Notes under the pieces: model-generated
What the model saw: only the letters and a program-made list of their open reading frames with translations
The model's database searches: none
What the model was told of the DNA's origin: nothing
Program-made: the position numbers and the translations under genes
NCBI GenBank assembly: GCA_963664395.2
Contig: OY761159.2
Span: 3,040,001-3,104,000 of the forward strand
Reading direction: 5' to 3'
Origin: Candidatus Binatia bacterium
Lineage (GTDB): Bacteria > Desulfobacterota > Binatia > Bin18
DNA: 64,000 nucleotides
Shown: one piece after another, positions 59,806 to 64,000 of the stretch
Layout of the letters: each line of letters opens with the position of its first letter
Numbering within the stretch: position 1 is the stretch's first letter

Positions 59806-60957
59806 TCATTCCACGCCAAAGATCGCCGCTGACTGAGCCAGTCCCGCTCCAGTGATACCGACGTTGGTGATGAGCGCGGTCCGTGCGTCAGGGACCTGAG
59901 TTGGTCCGCCCTCACCGCGTAACTGACGGACTCCCTCGGCCACGTGTGTAAAGCCCTGGACATAGCCCCAGGAATGAAGCGTGCCACACGTGTTGCATGG
60001 CCGCTTGGAGTCCCAGCGGAAGTTCCCGGCCCGAACCCAATCTGCCGCTTCGCCAGGCCCGCACAGTCCATAGGCTTCGATTTGCAGCGCAGCCATAATC
60101 GTGAACGCGTCGTAAAACTCGAACACATCGATATCGTCAATGCTCAACCCGGCTGTTTCAAAAACCCTGCTTCGCCCTGGTTCGACGTTGAGGTCTGACG
60201 GACCCAGAACCGTATTCGATCCACGCGCGTAGCCTTGGCCCACCTCGTGGCAGGTGCCAAACCCAAGTAAATGAACCGGCGTGGTCTTCAGGGCGCGTGC
60301 CCGTTCCGCAGTCGTCACCAGAAAAGCGATCGCGCCATCGGTGATCAGGCAGTAATCAAGCAGATGCAGCGGGCGTACGATGAAGCGAGAGTTCTGATGG
60401 TCGTCAACCGTGATTGGACGTCCGGACATATAGGCATCGTTACGCGGGACTGCATTGGACCGTAGGGCAACAGCAAGTTCGGCCAGATCTGCCGAAGAGC
60501 GGCCGTATTTATGCAAATAGCCTTGGGCCATCAAAGCCGCCTGAGCTCCAGGCGAGAACAGGCCGTAGATAGCGTTTGGGTCTTGGCTCTTGTTGTGTTC
60601 GTCCGCACCAACCGTGATTGTCTGGGAGCGCGCATTTGTGGCATGTCCGCATATGACGTACTCGGCTGTGCCTGCCTCAATCATACCGATTGCTGCAATA
60701 AGGGCGAAAATACCAGAAGCTCCGCTGGAGTTGATTTGCAGTGTTGCCTGCGCCCCGAGTCCAGCTCGACTCGCTGCCACGCCCGATGTACCTTCCCCAA
60801 ATCCAGGTTGAAAGACGTAGCCGTTGACCTGGCTCCGTTCGAGTCCGGAATCGGCCAAGACTAACTCAATCGCCTCCCAGGCGAGTTGCTCCGCGCTGGT
60901 TCCGGGTAGCACGCCTTGCTTGGTGACCCCCAACCCGGCAAGTGCATACTTTTGCAT
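59806..60957 (-). CDS. Thiolase-superfamily (SCP-x/Ltp2-like) protein
   Basis: LDYCLITDGA, YDAFT, EGVRQLRG; no Cys at the usual acylation site. Confidence 0.88.
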   Translation of the reverse strand: MQKYALAGLGVTKQGVLPGTSAEQLAWEAIELVLADSGLERSQVNGYVFQPGFGEGTSGVAASRAGLGAQATLQINSSGASGIFALIAAIGMIEAGTAEYVICGHATNARSQTITVGADEHNKSQDPNAIYGLFSPGAQAALMAQGYLHKYGRSSADLAELAVALRSNAVPRNDAYMSGRPITVDDHQNSRFIVRPLHLLDYCLITDGAIAFLVTTAERARALKTTPVHLLGFGTCHEVGQGYARGSNTVLGPSDLNVEPGRSRVFETAGLSIDDIDVFEFYDAFTIMAALQIEAYGLCGPGEAADWVRAGNFRWDSKRPCNTCGTLHSWGYVQGFTHVAEGVRQLRGEGGPTQVPDARTALITNVGITGAGLAQSAAIFGVE

Positions 60958-60984
60958 GGTGCTTAAACTATTCCTTTGCCGTCG

Positions 60985-61010
60985 GTCGGATTACGCTTTG
61001 CTCATCCGAC
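60985..61010. repeat. Solo copy of the REP palindrome seen at 179-204
   Basis: GTCGGATTACGCTTTGCTCATCCGAC, 2 mismatches in 26 nt against 179-204. Confidence 0.75.
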
Positions 61011-61021
61011 GCCTCAGATGT

Positions 61022-61834
61022 TTATCGGTTGGCAAACACCGGATCGCGTTTTTCTCGGAACGCCGCGACTGCCTCGCGCATGTCTTCACCCGTCGTGCAG
61101 GCCAGCCCCAGATGGGCATCGGCGTAGGTAATATCTCCAGCCTTGTTGGTGTTGAGTGCTTTGAAAAATTCTTTTGTTCGACGGAGCGCCATGGGCGGCT
61201 TGTTGAGCAATTTCTGAACAAAGGCGTGTACGGCTTCGTGTAGCTCCTCCAACGGAACGACCCGGTTGACCAATCCGACCTCAAGGGCTTCCTCGGCGGT
61301 CAGTTCATCACAGGTCATGACAAGTTCTTTTGTTTTGGCCATGCCGATGAGGTTGATCATGCGGGTAATGGAGCCCCACATATAGGGCACGCCCAGCCGC
61401 ACCTCGGGCAGCCACATCCGGACACCACTGGCAGCAATGCGAAAATCACATGCCATAGCCAAGGACACGCCGCCGCCCACCGCAAAGCCATTGACCGCGG
61501 CGATGCTGATCTGGTCCAGGCGTTCCCACTCGTCCATAATTCGCCAGCCGAGCTTTGCCATGCGCAGCCGGGCGCTATCGGTCAGCTTGGCCTGAGTTTC
61601 CGCTTTTGAGCTTTTGGAAAGGGCTTCCATATCCGCGCCAACGCTGAACGAACGACCCTTGCCAGTCAGAATAACAACCCGTGAGTCTTCGTCCTCTTGC
61701 AGCTCATAGGTAATAGCCAGAAACTCACGTAGCACCTGCTCATTGAGCGGATTGAGTTTTGCCGGTCGATTAAAAGAGACGGTTACGATCGGGCCTGAGC
61801 GTTCGAGTGTAAATGTTTCGTATGTCGTGGCCAT
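61022..61834 (-). CDS. Enoyl-CoA hydratase/isomerase family protein
   Basis: FSVGAD, AAVNGFAVGGG, PEVRLG, AFREKRDP. Confidence 0.92.
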   Translation of the reverse strand: MATTYETFTLERSGPIVTVSFNRPAKLNPLNEQVLREFLAITYELQEDEDSRVVILTGKGRSFSVGADMEALSKSSKAETQAKLTDSARLRMAKLGWRIMDEWERLDQISIAAVNGFAVGGGVSLAMACDFRIAASGVRMWLPEVRLGVPYMWGSITRMINLIGMAKTKELVMTCDELTAEEALEVGLVNRVVPLEELHEAVHAFVQKLLNKPPMALRRTKEFFKALNTNKAGDITYADAHLGLACTTGEDMREAVAAFREKRDPVFANR

Positions 61835-61881
61835 AGGGAATGTTCTCCTGCTTCTCCTGATTTTTTATCACTACTTTTGAC

Positions 61882-63645
61882 TCATCTTTTTGTAAAAACA
61901 AAATTCTCTGCCATCTGCGCTCGGACTTCTTTCAAGTGGGTCACATACTTGGGAAAGCCGCCGTTATAATTGCCGTCCTGACGACGCTGAAATTCGCCCT
62001 CGAAATTATAATAGCCCGGCGTGCAGTCCTGGTTGCGGGTGGTTTTGCCGCGATGATGGATCACTTCTTGTACCCACCACTCTTCTGCCTCGGGAGTAAC
62101 GTCGATGGCGTGATAGCCCTTACGCCGCACATAGTCTATGCACGCCGCAATATGATCGCCTTGTGATTGCAGCATGTCCGTCAGGTTGAACTGAAACGAT
62201 GCCTGATAGCCACCCATGATAAACAGGTTGGGATAGCCCTGAGAGTGGATGCCGAGCAGGGTGCGGATGCCGGTACTGTATTTGTCGTTCAGGTCGAGGT
62301 CGTTTGCTCCTTTGATCTGGTTGTAAATCCCGGTCTTCTGCACCTCGAAGCCGGTGGCATAAATCAGGACATCGAGCTCGTACTGCGTCCCGTCAAACGC
62401 CGGTCCTTTCACGGTGATTTCGGTGATGCCTTTGCCGTGGGTATCGACCAGGTGCACGTTGGGACGGTTGAAGGTCGGCAGATAGTCGTTGTGAAAGCAG
62501 GGTCGCTTGCACATGAACATATACCACGGCTTGAGCGCTTCTGCGGTGATTTTGTCCTTCACAATCTCGTCGATGCGCTGGTGAATGCGTAGCATATAGT
62601 CGATGTTGGCGTTCTCTTGCCGCCTGATTTTCTCTTCACGAGACATGGCCGTGCGCTCGGCTTTCTGCGCAGCGGTTAACTGTGGCCCTCGCATCGCCCG
62701 TTCGCGCCGCTTGGCCTGCCAGCCGGGCTTCAGTTTGCGTGCCCAGTTGGGATCGGTCGGCCAGTCGTCCCGGATATCAATCGACGACGGCGTGCGTTGG
62801 AACACATACAGCTCTTTGGATGAGGCGCCGAGACCGGGAATGGCCTGCACCGCGGTCGCGCCCGTGCCGATGATGCCAACAACCTTGTCTTCCAGGCCGG
62901 ACAAGTTTTCCTGGGTGTAGGCATAGTCCCAGCGCGAGGTATGAAAGGAGTGGCCTTTGAAGGACTCCATGCCCTTAATTTTAGACAGCTTGGGCTTGGA
63001 CAGGGTGCCGTTGGCGCAGATGACGAAGTGCGCTTTCATGTGGTCGCCCCGGTCTGTGGTGAGCTGCCACATTTCTTCTTCTGCATTCCATATGGTGGAG
63101 GTGACGGTTGTCTGAAAGACTGCCAGCTCGTACAGGTTGTACTTTTTGGCAATGGCCTGGCAGTGCGCGAAAATCTCCGGGCCCCTGGAATAATGGTGCT
63201 TGGGCACGTAGTCCATCTCGTCGAGCAGCGGCAGGTAGTCATACGAGATCACGTCGCAGGCCACTCCAGGATAGCGGTTCCAGTACCAGGTACCGCCCAC
63301 ATCGGCTCCTCGTTCGACGATGCGGATACTCTCTACGCCATATTCCCGCAGTCGGGCTGAGGTGAGGAGCGCAGAAAACCCACCGCCAATGAATAAACAT
63401 TCGACTGTATCGTTGATCGGCTCGCGGGGAATAATCTGCCCGCCGTAGGGGTCGGTCTCGTACTTGGCGAAAGAACCGGACAGGTCGGACGTGTACTGCT
63501 GCGTCCCTTCGGGGCGATAATGCAGCCGCAGGTCACGCTCATCGGCGAACTTCTGTTTGATGGCATCGTAATACTCTTGCGGCTTTCTCGGCTTTGAGAG
63601 CCCGTCCATGGTGTTAATAAGGGGCTTCTCCTGCGTCTCACTCAT
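61882..63645 (-). CDS. Baeyer-Villiger monooxygenase (type I)
   Basis: GGGFS, GGTWYWNRYPG, FKGHSFHTSRW, IGTGATAVQ, ATGF. Confidence 0.93.
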   Translation of the reverse strand: MSETQEKPLINTMDGLSKPRKPQEYYDAIKQKFADERDLRLHYRPEGTQQYTSDLSGSFAKYETDPYGGQIIPREPINDTVECLFIGGGFSALLTSARLREYGVESIRIVERGADVGGTWYWNRYPGVACDVISYDYLPLLDEMDYVPKHHYSRGPEIFAHCQAIAKKYNLYELAVFQTTVTSTIWNAEEEMWQLTTDRGDHMKAHFVICANGTLSKPKLSKIKGMESFKGHSFHTSRWDYAYTQENLSGLEDKVVGIIGTGATAVQAIPGLGASSKELYVFQRTPSSIDIRDDWPTDPNWARKLKPGWQAKRRERAMRGPQLTAAQKAERTAMSREEKIRRQENANIDYMLRIHQRIDEIVKDKITAEALKPWYMFMCKRPCFHNDYLPTFNRPNVHLVDTHGKGITEITVKGPAFDGTQYELDVLIYATGFEVQKTGIYNQIKGANDLDLNDKYSTGIRTLLGIHSQGYPNLFIMGGYQASFQFNLTDMLQSQGDHIAACIDYVRRKGYHAIDVTPEAEEWWVQEVIHHRGKTTRNQDCTPGYYNFEGEFQRRQDGNYNGGFPKYVTHLKEVRAQMAENFVFTKR

Positions 63646-63813
63646 GTATCAATCCTCCGTATCCATACAAACCTAAAATATAATCTCAGCTTTGTCGAAC
63701 AGCCTGAATGCGCGCGTTGTAAAAATTTTATTGATATGCAAAACTTCGCGCTGACGAAAAAATTGAGATGCTCCGTAAGGAAGACATTCGCATCGAGAAG
63801 GAGGGCTGACACG

Positions 63814-64000
63814 ATGAATGAAGCGGTAGCGCAATCCCAACCGAATGAAATTCCAACTCCCGAAGAGCTGGGCTTCGACCCTGCTGAACTGCGTCAGAAG
63901 TACGCCGAGGAGCGTGCCAGGCGTCTCCGCGCGGACGGGAACAACCAATATCAGGAAATCACAGGGAAGCACGAACACTACAACGTCGATCCCTATGTCG
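63814..64000 (+). CDS. Probable second Baeyer-Villiger monooxygenase, 5' part (runs off the window)
   Basis: MNEAV...FDPAELRQKYAEERARRLRADGNNQY...DPY matches the N-terminus of the neighbouring BVMO (KQKFADERDLRL...QQY...DPY); RBS AAGGAGG. Confidence 0.75.
   Translation, partial: MNEAVAQSQPNEIPTPEELGFDPAELRQKYAEERARRLRADGNNQYQEITGKHEHYNVDPYV

Overview
This is a GC-rich bacterial chromosomal window. The gene content (lipid A/BAM genes, many LLM/F420 oxidoreductases, acyl-CoA dehydrogenases and amidohydrolases) suggests a Gram-negative deltaproteobacteria-like lineage such as Ca. Binatia; that assignment is inference only. The left and middle parts mix housekeeping genes (ABC-F, eno, ftsB, pyrF, proS, gdh, selB, lolC/E-lolD-bamA-skp-fabZ-lpxA-lpxI, tRNA-Ala(GGC)) with catabolic genes. 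The part right of the tRNA is a catabolic patchwork with deletion scars. I found no integrase, transposase or CRISPR array. Most notable: (1) a ~696-bp unit (diverged replacement 3' end of an LLM gene + DUF4258/DUF2283 toxin-antitoxin pair + inverted GTAG-REP pair) that appears to have integrated into the gene and displaced its original 3' end; (2) two in-frame 24-bp REP-like insertions inside an asparaginase gene; (3) an unknown enzyme-like domain fused to a lone Gp5/VgrG OB-fold; (4) a cryptic GG(CG)6-stop reading frame between selB and lolC; (5) two chimeric deletion scars (RelE::P450 and small protein::Rieske); (6) a large secreted Cys-motif/YVTN protein following lpxI. All annotations come from motif recognition by eye; no database searches were run.
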